From sequence record SRR22947725_427: 33,615 nt of DNA; one strand, 5' to 3'. The notes under the pieces are model-generated. The model made no database searches, was not told where the DNA came from, and saw only the letters and a program-made list of their open reading frames with translations. The position numbers and the translations under genes are program-made. This document shows, in pieces, positions 1 through 9,626 of the stretch (positions are counted from its first letter, which is position 1; each line of letters opens with the position of its first letter).

Positions 1-1
1 A

Positions 2-1177
2 TATGTAAGAAATATTACAGATATTGACGATAAAATTATCAAAAAAGCGATTGATGAGAATGTTGATTATTCAGTTATAACTGAAAACTTCATTAAAGAG
101 ATGAATTATGATGCCGCTCAACTTGGAGTCATAAGTCCTTCATTAGAACCGAGGGCTACAGGGCACATCGATGAGATGATAAAAATGATTGAGGACTTAA
201 TTGCAAAGGGCTATGCATATAAAGCTGATAATAATGATGTTTTTTATGCAGTTTCTAAATTTAATGACTATGGAAAATTATCTGGGAAGTCATTAAAGGA
301 TCTTATTGCAGGTTCAAGAGTGGAGGTTGATAAATTTAAACAAGATAATAATGATTTTGTTTTATGGAAGTCTGCGAAACCCAATGAGCCTTATTGGAAA
401 TCACCTTGGGGTAATGGTAGACCTGGCTGGCACATTGAATGCTCAACAATGAGTAATAATCTCTTGGGGAAAAATTTTGATATTCATGGGGGTGGTCAAG
501 ACCTTCAATTTCCACATCATGAAAATGAAATTGCACAGTCCGAGGCTGTCAATAATTGCCAAATGGCTAATTATTGGATTCATAATGGATTTGTTAAAAT
601 TGATGATGAAAAAATGTCAAAGTCTTTAGGTAATTTTTTCACAATCAGAAGTGTTCTTCAAAAGTACCAACCAGAAGTTATTAGATTTTTTATTTTAAAA
701 GCTCACTATAGAAGTCCGTTAAACTTTTCAAATAAAAATTTAGAAGAGTCAAAGCAAGCATTAACAAAACTTTATTTAAGTATTAGAAATTTTAAAATAG
801 ATTTAGCATTTAATATAAATTGGGATCAAAAGTTTCCCAATCAATTTAAAAAAGCCCTTGATGATGACTTTAATACACCAGAGGCAATAGCCTTGCTATT
901 CGAGTTAGCCTTGAAAATCAATAAAGACAAAATTGTTGAAGATGCAAATTTATTAGTTAAGTTAGGAAATATTTTGGGAGTTTTAAGTCATGATGCGGAG
1001 ACTTTTTTAAAGGACGATGCAAATGCAAGTATTGATGTAGAAATTCTCATAAAACAGAGAAATGAAGCCAAGGCGTCAAAAGATTATGCTAAGGCAGATA
1101 AGTTGAGAGATTACTTGTTAGAGAATAATATTTTGATCGAGGATACCCCAGCAGGAACGGTATGGAGAAAAAAATAA
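2..1177 (+). CDS. cysS: Cysteine--tRNA ligase (5'-truncated by the window edge)
   Basis: The frame is open from position 2 ([13 protein letters not shown]...). It carries the [27 protein letters not shown] and KMSKS motifs and a C-terminal DALR/anticodon domain (ADKLRDYL...[10 protein letters not shown]). The ATG at 101 is internal. Confidence 0.98.
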   Translation, partial: YVRNITDIDDKIIKKAIDENVDYSVITENFIKEMNYDAAQLGVISPSLEPRATGHIDEMIKMIEDLIAKGYAYKADNNDVFYAVSKFNDYGKLSGKSLKDLIAGSRVEVDKFKQDNNDFVLWKSAKPNEPYWKSPWGNGRPGWHIECSTMSNNLLGKNFDIHGGGQDLQFPHHENEIAQSEAVNNCQMANYWIHNGFVKIDDEKMSKSLGNFFTIRSVLQKYQPEVIRFFILKAHYRSPLNFSNKNLEESKQALTKLYLSIRNFKIDLAFNINWDQKFPNQFKKALDDDFNTPEAIALLFELALKINKDKIVEDANLLVKLGNILGVLSHDAETFLKDDANASIDVEILIKQRNEAKASKDYAKADKLRDYLLENNILIEDTPAGTVWRKK

Positions 1178-2403
1178 TGGCTATAAATTTGAAAAAAAAT
1201 ACTAAAGAAAATATTAATGTCATTAAGGGCTTAAAGTTGGGCGTCGCTAATGCTGGTATTAAAAGTATGAATTCATCTGATTTATTAGTCATATCAATCC
1301 CAGAAAATAGTTCAGTGGCCGGCGTGTTTACGCAGAATCAATTTTGTGCGGCGCCAGTTATCGTTGCTAAAGAGCACTTAAAGAAAGGAAATGAAATTAG
1401 AGCGCTTATTGTAAACAGTGGTTGTGCAAATGCTGGAATGGGTAAACAAGGCATTGATGATACAAATTCTGTTTGTAAATCTTTAGCAAAACATCTGGGT
1501 GTCGAGCAAAAACAAATTCTTCCCTTTTCAACAGGTCTGATTATGTCAAAATTACCTGTAGAAAAAATTAACAAGGCAATACCTGAGGCGTTAACTAATT
1601 TTTCTGAAAATAATTGGCTAGAAGCCGCTGAGTCGATTATGACAACAGATACTGTCCCAAAAATTTATTCAAAGAAAATTAAACTTAAGGATCAAAGTGT
1701 GACAATAACAGGGATATGCAAGGGGTCTGGCATGATTTATCCCAACATGGCAACTATGTTAGCTTTTATTGCGGTAGATATTTCCATTACAAAAATAATG
1801 CTAAACGAATTAATAAAAGAGGTATGTGAAAGTACTTTTAATTGCATATCAGTTGATGGAGATACATCTACAAATGACTCGTTTATATTGATGGGCATAC
1901 CTACTAGTAGAAACCTTAGCTTGAAAAAAAATAGTGATGATTATACAAAAGTTAAATCAGCTATTTCTGATGTCGCTACTCTGCTTGCTAAATCAATTGT
2001 TAGAGATGGTGAGGGAGCAACAAAATTTATGACAATTCATGTCAATGAAGCTTTAAATCAAAAAGAGGCAAAAATGATCGGTATGTCCATCGCTAATTCA
2101 CCATTAGTTAAGACAGCATTTTTTGCCTCAGATGCAAACTTAGGAAGAGTATTATCTGCTATAGGAAATAGTAAAGTTAAAGATCTTAATTTGAATAAAA
2201 TAAATGTATATATTAATGAAATTTTATTTGCTAATGCAGGTGCTATTTCAACTTCGTATGATGAAAGAAAAATTGCATCAGAAATGAAAAAAGATGAGAT
2301 AAAGCTTTCTATAAGTCTTGGTAGAGGTCATACAGAAGCAACAATGTGGACCACTGACCTATCTCATAAGTACATCGAAATTAATTCTGAATACAGAACA
2401 TAA
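1177..2403 (+). CDS. argJ: Bifunctional glutamate N-acetyltransferase/amino-acid acetyltransferase ArgJ
   Basis: Motifs include VFTQNQFCAAPV, NSGCANAG, IMTTDT, KGSGMIYPNMATML (autoproteolysis Thr), DTSTND and RDGEGATK. The start is placed at ATG 1177 (TAATG overlap with the cysS stop, GGAG at 1164-1167). Confidence 0.97.
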   Translation: MAINLKKNTKENINVIKGLKLGVANAGIKSMNSSDLLVISIPENSSVAGVFTQNQFCAAPVIVAKEHLKKGNEIRALIVNSGCANAGMGKQGIDDTNSVCKSLAKHLGVEQKQILPFSTGLIMSKLPVEKINKAIPEALTNFSENNWLEAAESIMTTDTVPKIYSKKIKLKDQSVTITGICKGSGMIYPNMATMLAFIAVDISITKIMLNELIKEVCESTFNCISVDGDTSTNDSFILMGIPTSRNLSLKKNSDDYTKVKSAISDVATLLAKSIVRDGEGATKFMTIHVNEALNQKEAKMIGMSIANSPLVKTAFFASDANLGRVLSAIGNSKVKDLNLNKINVYINEILFANAGAISTSYDERKIASEMKKDEIKLSISLGRGHTEATMWTTDLSHKYIEINSEYRT

Positions 2404-3346
2404 CATCACTAATATTCAAGTCGCTGTTGGAATACTTAAGGATTCTGATGCTAAATACTTATTAGGCAAAAGGCTAAATTCTCAAAGTTGGCCTGGCTGG
2501 TGGGAGTTTCCGGGGGGTAAGCTAGAAAAAAATGAGAAACCTGCAGAAGCACTTAAAAGAGAAATTTTTGAAGAATTAGGTATTGTTGTTAAAAAATATA
2601 AGCAATGGACAACAAGACGCGTTATTGAAAATAATAAAATTACTACTTTGTTCTTTTTCTTAGTTTTATCTTGGTCTGGAAAAATAGGAGGAAAAGAGGG
2701 GCAAGAATTAAAATGGGTGAATCTTAAATCCTTTAACTCAAAAAAAATTCTTCCACCAAACCAAATAATTCATAAGGCATTAAAAAATGATCTTGGAGAT
2801 ATTTATGCAATTACCAACCTTCAAGAAATGCAAAGTGAAAATTTTTTTCAAATTCTTAAAAATAAAATTGACCAAGATTTAAAGTTTTTACAAATAAGAG
2901 AGAAAGCTCTTTCAGAAAAGGATTTAATTACTTTTATCAAGCAGATAAAAAGGCTACTTAAAAGAACAAATGTAAAAATCATAATAAATGGAAGTATTGA
3001 TTTAGCCTATAAATATGAACTTGACGGCGTACATTTAAACTCTATACAGTTATATGAGTTAGAAAATTTTCCCAACGACTTATTAGTAGGTGTTTCATGT
3101 CACTCAAAAAAAGATTTAGAAGTAGCCGAAGAAAAAAATGCTGATTACGTGGTTTTAGGTCCAGTAAAAAAAACTCTGTCTCATCCAAATAGTGATTTTA
3201 TGGGTTGGAATAAATTTAAAAATTTAGCCGAAAAATCTAATTTACCAGTTTATGCCATAGGCGGTATGAAAAAAAATGATATCGCATTATCTTTTGAAAA
3301 TGGTGCAATTGGTATCGCTTCTCAAAGAGATTTTTGGAATTTCTAA
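2318..3346 (+). CDS. mutT: Nudix hydrolase (MutT-like 8-oxo-dGTP diphosphatase) fused to a thiamine-phosphate-synthase/TenI-like domain; start uncertain
   Basis: The N-terminal half has the Nudix box WEFPGGKLEKNEKPAEALKREIFEELG. The C-terminal half has ThiE-family motifs QIREK, DGVHL, GVSCHS, DYVVLGPV..T.SHP and PVYAIGG. The gene sits after argJ, as in many proteobacteria. Confidence 0.9.
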   Translation: MVEVIQKQQCGPLTYLISTSKLILNTEHNITNIQVAVGILKDSDAKYLLGKRLNSQSWPGWWEFPGGKLEKNEKPAEALKREIFEELGIVVKKYKQWTTRRVIENNKITTLFFFLVLSWSGKIGGKEGQELKWVNLKSFNSKKILPPNQIIHKALKNDLGDIYAITNLQEMQSENFFQILKNKIDQDLKFLQIREKALSEKDLITFIKQIKRLLKRTNVKIIINGSIDLAYKYELDGVHLNSIQLYELENFPNDLLVGVSCHSKKDLEVAEEKNADYVVLGPVKKTLSHPNSDFMGWNKFKNLAEKSNLPVYAIGGMKKNDIALSFENGAIGIASQRDFWNF

Positions 3347-3352
3347 TGCATG

Positions 3353-3766
3353 TTATTTAATAGTAAATTTAAAGACTTTTGTTATGTTTTTGCCTTTATT
3401 ATCATTAAATAGAAAAGTTAAGTCTACTTTTTCTCCAGATTTTAATTCTTTATTTATACCAAATAACATTAGATGATCGCTGCCTGGCGTCAGCACTAAT
3501 GGGGAATTAGGGCCTAGTTTGGGCTCAGTTAATTTTCGCATTTCCATGACCCCATAATTCATCTTCATAGAATGTAACTCAATATTTTTAAAGTTCTTAT
3601 TAGAAACTTTCATCACTTTAAGTTCGATATTAGAATTAATTGTGGCAAATCCAGCTGTAACATCTACTCCTGGCCTTGGTTTTTTAATAAATGCGTTTGA
3701 AATAGAAATATTATCGGCTGAAAATACAATTGATGGTATTAAAATTAATAATAAACTAAGTTTCAT
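3353..3766 (-). CDS. Periplasmic copper chaperone PCu(A)C family protein
   Basis: It has an exact H-X10-M-X21-H-X-M copper motif ([36 protein letters not shown]). A signal peptide [16 protein letters not shown] follows ATG 3766 (alternative ATG at 3784). Confidence 0.92.
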   Translation of the reverse strand: MKLSLLLILIPSIVFSADNISISNAFIKKPRPGVDVTAGFATINSNIELKVMKVSNKNFKNIELHSMKMNYGVMEMRKLTEPKLGPNSPLVLTPGSDHLMLFGINKELKSGEKVDLTFLFNDNKGKNITKVFKFTIK

Positions 3767-3923
3767 TCTCAGATGATGTAACATTTTTTTTTCCTTTAAT
3801 GATGAATTTTTCTGATGCCCAGGCACCAAGATCAATTAGTTTGCATCTCTCCGAACAAAAAGGTTTGTATGAGGCATTTTGTTCAGGATCAAATAACTTT
3901 GAACATGTAGGACAATTTTTCAC
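3756..3923 (-). CDS. yacG: DNA gyrase inhibitor YacG (55 aa, not in the ORF track)
   Basis: Manual translation from GTG 3923 to TAG 3756 gives [55 protein letters not shown]. It has the CxxC...[15 protein letters not shown] zinc-finger signature and the canonical coaE-zapD-yacG order. Confidence 0.95.
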   Translation of the reverse strand: MKNCPTCSKLFDPEQNASYKPFCSERCKLIDLGAWASEKFIIKGKKNVTSSENET

Positions 3924-3930
3924 TTGTTAA

Positions 3931-4671
3931 TTATTGATGACTTACGCCTATTTTAAATTTAATTGGTTTTTTTAATTTTATAGCTTTATTAGTTGAATTA
4001 AATTGTATATTTATTGTGTACTTATTTGATGTGAGATTAGGGAATAAATTCAATTTTTGTGGTGTTTGTATTTGAATTAGATCATGTTTAGCAGCGGGAT
4101 CTAATTGGTAACTTACCAACCCATTTTCCAAGCTACTTAAACTCTCAAATTTTATCGTATCTCTTATAATTTCTAGGTAAGTTCTGAGGCTATTAAAGAT
4201 AGGTATATAGGGTTCTATCTTCTTTATAAAATAGTTTTGTTTTGTTTTTGGACTATTTGATTGAATCCAAAGTTGAAGTCGGGGGAGATCACTTGATACA
4301 ATGCCTGATGGACTTATGGATGCGGTTTTGATTTCTTGTAAAAACTTATCATTGCCAAAAAAATTTCCTTGTGTGACGTTAAGCTTGTCTAGGTCTTTTT
4401 TTGCAGTAACTAACTTTTTAATTTGCTCTAAATTTTTTTTGGTTTTACTAAGTAGCTTTTTCTTGGTGATCAATTTGTCAAGTTCCTGAACAATTTCTAT
4501 TTTTATGTCCGCTCTTGAAGCTACTGCATGCATATGGAAATACGATTGAAAACAAGAAAATTCAGAAAAAGCATTCATATTGTTAATTTGGTTATTTAGC
4601 CTTGTAAAAACATTTTCTAATGAAATTAACCTACGAATTCTTTCATTAAGTGGTAATTCAAATTTATGCAC
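3931..4671 (-). CDS. zapD: Cell division protein ZapD (YacF), divergent
   Basis: The N-terminal FELPLNERIRRLISLE, ASRADIKIEIVQEL, DLPRLQLW and C-terminal FPNLTSNKYTINIQF segments match ZapD. It lies between coaE and yacG and has a GTG start. Confidence 0.85.
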   Translation of the reverse strand: MHKFELPLNERIRRLISLENVFTRLNNQINNMNAFSEFSCFQSYFHMHAVASRADIKIEIVQELDKLITKKKLLSKTKKNLEQIKKLVTAKKDLDKLNVTQGNFFGNDKFLQEIKTASISPSGIVSSDLPRLQLWIQSNSPKTKQNYFIKKIEPYIPIFNSLRTYLEIIRDTIKFESLSSLENGLVSYQLDPAAKHDLIQIQTPQKLNLFPNLTSNKYTINIQFNSTNKAIKLKKPIKFKIGVSHQ

Positions 4672-5269
4672 TATTTTTTTCCTTAAGTAAAACTTTATAA
4701 TAATTTTCTAACTGATCTCTTAAATTATCAAAATTACTATTATTTAATATAACCTTATCTGCTAATTTTATCTTATCTTTCCTGCTCATTTGATTTGTAA
4801 CAATCCTTCTTGCAAAAGCTTCAGAAATATCATCTCTCTCAATTACTCTTTTTAATTGTAATTTTTCATCACAATCGATTAATAATGATTGTGAAATTAG
4901 TTTCAAATAATTTTTTGTCTCAAAAAGTAAAGGAATTACTATTACCACATATTTTTCTTCAATTAAGTTATTTAATTCAGATTCACATTCATCAAAAATT
5001 ATAGGATGCAAGATTAATTCAATTCTTTTTTTTAAATCATTTGATGAAAATATATCTTCCTTCAATTTATCTCTAAGAATATTACCTTCATTATCAAAAT
5101 ATTTTCTACCAAAATTTTCTGAAATTTTTTTATGCCCAGATTCTCCAGACTTTAAAACTTTATGCGTAATTTGATCAAGGTCTATAATTTTAAAACCCAT
5201 GTCTTTGAGTATATTTGCAGCTGTACTCTTACCGGAACCAATACCACCAGTTAATCCAATAATATACAT
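4664..5269 (-). CDS. coaE: Dephospho-CoA kinase
   Basis: It has the P-loop IIGLTGGIGSGKST, plus LHPII, IPLLFE and ADKVILN. Confidence 0.97.
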   Translation of the reverse strand: MYIIGLTGGIGSGKSTAANILKDMGFKIIDLDQITHKVLKSGESGHKKISENFGRKYFDNEGNILRDKLKEDIFSSNDLKKRIELILHPIIFDECESELNNLIEEKYVVIVIPLLFETKNYLKLISQSLLIDCDEKLQLKRVIERDDISEAFARRIVTNQMSRKDKIKLADKVILNNSNFDNLRDQLENYYKVLLKEKNSA

Positions 5270-5342
5270 AGTAGACCTTTAAATTTATAAAACTATCACC
5301 ATATTAATGCTATTGATTATATGATAGATTGTATAAATAGAT

Positions 5343-5684
5343 ATGAATAATAACGAAAAAAACAATAAACTTAAAAAAAATGATTTGATTTTCTCAGACG
5401 CAGTTGTTTGTAAAGTAGAGCTTGATTTAGGAAAGTGGCTTGAGCAACTAACTGGAGGCAAAGGTTGGGAAATATGGTCTGAATCCGAAAACGAACATTA
5501 TGTTTCATATCATTTAAAATTTAAAAGTCAAAATGCAGAAGTAACTTTATATCATTCTGGCCATGCAATTGTTTTCATTGACGAAAAATCAGTATTTGAG
5601 GGTGATTTAATTAAAAAAAGAAGCTCTGTAGCTAAATTAAGTTACTTTAATATCGATGACGGTGAAAAAATTTCTCTTCACTAA
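5343..5684 (+). CDS. Hypothetical protein (113 aa)
   Basis: An ATG-initiated ORF fills the gap between coaE and ispB without overlap, with protein-like composition. I recognise no family motif. Confidence 0.75.
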   Translation: MNNNEKNNKLKKNDLIFSDAVVCKVELDLGKWLEQLTGGKGWEIWSESENEHYVSYHLKFKSQNAEVTLYHSGHAIVFIDEKSVFEGDLIKKRSSVAKLSYFNIDDGEKISLH

Positions 5685-5693
5685 TTTGACCAT

Positions 5694-6662
5694 TTAAATT
5701 GATCTAAATAATGAGAATTTAGCGAGGTTAAATAAACTTTCTTGAAAGACCTTGTCGTGATCTCCATCAAGAAGTGCCTCAATTTTATCAAGGTGTTCGT
5801 TTGCAATTTCTTTTATTTCATCAATTGCACCATTTTTTTGGATGAGAGACACTATGCTGGGTAGATAGTTGATATCACCTGTTTTAATAGCGGTATTTAA
5901 AATTTCCCTATCTTTACTGTTAGACATCTTTATCGTCAAGATTAAAGGAAGCGTTACCTTTCCCTCTCTAAGGTCATCACCAATATTCTTCCCAATCTCA
6001 TTTGAATTACCAGAATAATCTAGAATATCATCTGCCAATTGAAAAATTATTCCAAAATGTTTGCCTATTTGAGAGTAAAGCTCAATTTGATTACTATTCT
6101 TTTTATTTAAAATTGCTGCAATTTTTCCACAAGCTTCAAATAATTTTGCAGTCTTAAAATCAATTACTTCAAAATATTGCGTTTCATTAATTTGAGGATT
6201 ATGACTATTAATCAGTTGGAGCACTTCCCCTTCAGAAATTTTATTTGTGGCATCAGCTAGGACTTTCATAACGCTCATGTCATCTATTTTGACCATCATT
6301 TGAAAAGAACGTGAATATAGAAAATCGCCAACAAGAATACTTGCTGAATTTCCAAAAACTGCATTAGCCGTTTGAATATTACGTCTTTTTGTAGATTGAT
6401 CAACAACATCATCGTGAAGCAGAGTTGCTGTATGAATAAATTCTATGATTGCAGCAACATCATGATTTGACTTAGTTATTTTTCCATCTAGACCGGCTAA
6501 GAGTAAGTGGAAAATTGGGCGCATTTTTTTCCCACCACTATTCAATATATACGTTGAAATTTGATTTATAACAGGAATATCAGAGCTTAGGTGGCTTTTA
6601 ATTACTTTATCAACGCAATTAAGGTGGTCATGAATAGGCTTTGTGATTTCTTTGAGCTTCAC
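5694..6662 (-). CDS. ispB: Octaprenyl/polyprenyl diphosphate synthase
   Basis: Motifs are GGKKMRP, EFIHTATLLHDDVVD (FARM), GDFLYSRSFQMM and FQLADDILDY (SARM). It is divergent from rplU as is typical. The likely start is GTG 6662; the ORF track extends to TTG 6731. Confidence 0.95.
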   Translation of the reverse strand: MKLKEITKPIHDHLNCVDKVIKSHLSSDIPVINQISTYILNSGGKKMRPIFHLLLAGLDGKITKSNHDVAAIIEFIHTATLLHDDVVDQSTKRRNIQTANAVFGNSASILVGDFLYSRSFQMMVKIDDMSVMKVLADATNKISEGEVLQLINSHNPQINETQYFEVIDFKTAKLFEACGKIAAILNKKNSNQIELYSQIGKHFGIIFQLADDILDYSGNSNEIGKNIGDDLREGKVTLPLILTIKMSNSKDREILNTAIKTGDINYLPSIVSLIQKNGAIDEIKEIANEHLDKIEALLDGDHDKVFQESLFNLAKFSLFRSI

Positions 6663-6775
6663 TCTGATTTTATCATCTAACTTGAAATGGAAAATTTTAA
6701 CATACGAAGAATCAATCAGCCGATAAATCAAAAGTTGGTAAAAGGTAATTTTATTAAAATCAAACCTACTAGTAA

Positions 6776-6808
6776 TTGATATATTAATTTTTTTTCAGTA
6801 TAATCGCG
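6776..6808 (+). promoter_or_regulatory. Sigma70 promoter of rplU-rpmA
   Basis: TTGATA (6776-6781), a 17-nt spacer and TATAAT (6799-6804) are followed by a GC-rich CGCG discriminator in otherwise AT-rich DNA, about 33 nt upstream of the rplU ATG. Confidence 0.8.
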
Positions 6809-6837
6809 AGTCTATTTAAGTTATAAAGGTTGCACTG

Positions 6838-7152
6838 ATGTATGCATTAATCAAGACAGGCGGTAAACAGTTTAAAGTCTCAGAAGGTCAACTCCTAAAG
6901 GTTGAAAAATTGAGTGCTGAAGTTGGTAAAGCTTATAATATAGATAATGTTCTTTCAGTCATTGACGGTGAAAAAGTAACCATTGGAACCCCATTAGTTA
7001 AAGGCGCAGTTGTAAATACAACGGTCGTTTCTCATGGCAGGGGTGAAAAAGTTAAAATATTCAAGATGAATAGAAGAAAACATTATAAAAAATCGCAAGG
7101 ACATAGACAGAGTTTTACAGAAATTAAAATTGATAAAATAATTGTTAAATAA
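6838..7152 (+). CDS. rplU: 50S ribosomal protein L21
   Basis: [14 protein letters not shown]...[13 protein letters not shown]. Confidence 0.99.
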   Translation: MYALIKTGGKQFKVSEGQLLKVEKLSAEVGKAYNIDNVLSVIDGEKVTIGTPLVKGAVVNTTVVSHGRGEKVKIFKMNRRKHYKKSQGHRQSFTEIKIDKIIVK

Positions 7153-7161
7153 GGGTTTTTA

Positions 7162-7419
7162 ATGGCACATAAAAAAGCAGGCGGTAGCTCTAGAAACGGT
7201 AGAGATTCAGAATCTAAAAGATTAGGTTTAAAAATATTTGGAGATCAACACGTCAAAGCTGGTGGAATAATACTTAGACAACGTGGAACTAAAATGCACC
7301 CAGGTGAAAATGTTGGGCTAGGAAAAGACCATACATTATTTGCTAAGGTGGCTGGTAAGGTTAGCTTCACAACCAAAGGTGCTTTAAAAAGAAGGCTAGT
7401 TAACGTTTCGCCTTCATAA
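7162..7419 (+). CDS. rpmA: 50S ribosomal protein L27
   Basis: [22 protein letters not shown]...RQRGT. Confidence 0.99.
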   Translation: MAHKKAGGSSRNGRDSESKRLGLKIFGDQHVKAGGIILRQRGTKMHPGENVGLGKDHTLFAKVAGKVSFTTKGALKRRLVNVSPS

Positions 7420-7438
7420 GGAAAAAATAATTCTAATT

Positions 7439-8487
<1,049 letters not shown>

Positions 8488-8490
8488 AAT

Positions 8491-9609
8491 ATGAAAAAAT
8501 TTAAATTTTCTGAATCAAAAAAAATTGTTATAAAAATCGGTACAAGCACCATAACTAATAATTTGGGGTTTGATGAAGAGTTTTTAACTAAATTATCTTC
8601 AGAGGTATCTGGTTGGCTTGATAGTGGGATTGGGGTGGTTATTGTTTCAAGTGGCGCAGTTTTTGCTGGCCTTAAAAAACTCAAAGTAGAAGTAAAGCCT
8701 AGTACCTTAAGTGATCTTCAGGCTGCTGCAGCTGTAGGTCAAATGGATTTAGCCCAAGCCTATAAAGATGCATTTATGCAAAACAAAAAAATTGCTGCTC
8801 AAGTTTTATTAACTCATGAAGACTTGAGTGATAGAAAAAGATATTTAAATGCGCGATCAACAATAAATAACTTAATTGGAAGAGGGGTAGTTCCGATCAT
8901 TAATGAAAATGATACTGTTTCAACTGAGGAAATACAATTTGGTGATAATGATAACCTTGCAGCAATGGTGGCCAACCTCATCGAAGCAGATTATCTAGTT
9001 TTATTAACTGACCAAGAAGGTTTATTCTCTGATGATCCTACTATCAATAAAAATGCCTCTCTTTTAGAAAAAGCTTTTACTGATGATAAACAACTTGATT
9101 TAATAGCAAAAAAAACATCTTCAGCTTATGGAACAGGAGGTATGGCTACAAAAATTGAAGCTGCTCGAAGAGCGTCTTTAAGCGGAACGCATACCATTAT
9201 TGCAAATGGAAAAACGCATGAAACATTATTTAAGCTATTTAATGATAAGCCGGTGGGTACTTTTTTAGAATCAAGGCTTGAAAAAAAATTAGCAAAAAAA
9301 AAGTGGCTTGCTGATAACCTTAGAAGTTGTGGAAAATTAATTTTAGATGAGGGAGCGTCTTTAGCTTTATTGGACAAGGGTAAAAGTCTTCTCCCTGTTG
9401 GTGTTTTAAAGGTTGAAGGTAAGTTCGAGCGAGGTGAAGTTGTTATTTGTATAGATCATATGGGTAAAGATATAGCTAAAGGTCTTGTAAATTATAGCTC
9501 AGATGAATCAAAAAAGATTTGTGGAATATCAAGTAACGGAATTAAATCTGTTTTAGGCTTTGTAAATGAGGTTAATATTATTCATAGAGATAATCTTGTA
9601 ATTCTTTAA
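8491..9609 (+). CDS. proB: Glutamate 5-kinase with PUA domain
   Basis: Motifs are VIKIGTS, VSSGAV, QAAAAVGQ, INENDTV, FGDNDNL and GTGGMATK, with a C-terminal PUA domain (SLLPVGV...IHRDNLV). Confidence 0.98.
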   Translation: MKKFKFSESKKIVIKIGTSTITNNLGFDEEFLTKLSSEVSGWLDSGIGVVIVSSGAVFAGLKKLKVEVKPSTLSDLQAAAAVGQMDLAQAYKDAFMQNKKIAAQVLLTHEDLSDRKRYLNARSTINNLIGRGVVPIINENDTVSTEEIQFGDNDNLAAMVANLIEADYLVLLTDQEGLFSDDPTINKNASLLEKAFTDDKQLDLIAKKTSSAYGTGGMATKIEAARRASLSGTHTIIANGKTHETLFKLFNDKPVGTFLESRLEKKLAKKKWLADNLRSCGKLILDEGASLALLDKGKSLLPVGVLKVEGKFERGEVVICIDHMGKDIAKGLVNYSSDESKKICGISSNGIKSVLGFVNEVNIIHRDNLVIL

Positions 9610-9626
9610 AATCTTAAGGGGGAGAA

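Noticed and set aside
3767..3835. N-terminal extension of the PCuAC ORF (MILVPGHQ...)
   Set aside because: This DNA encodes yacG in another frame, and the signal peptide begins at ATG 3766 (or 3784).
6663..6837. Possible tRNA, sRNA or riboswitch in the larger intergenic regions (6663-6837, 11550-11722, 20908-20990)
   Set aside because: They are AT-rich with no cloverleaf, T-loop or stable GC stems visible, and are adequately explained as promoter regions. A covariance-model search was not run.
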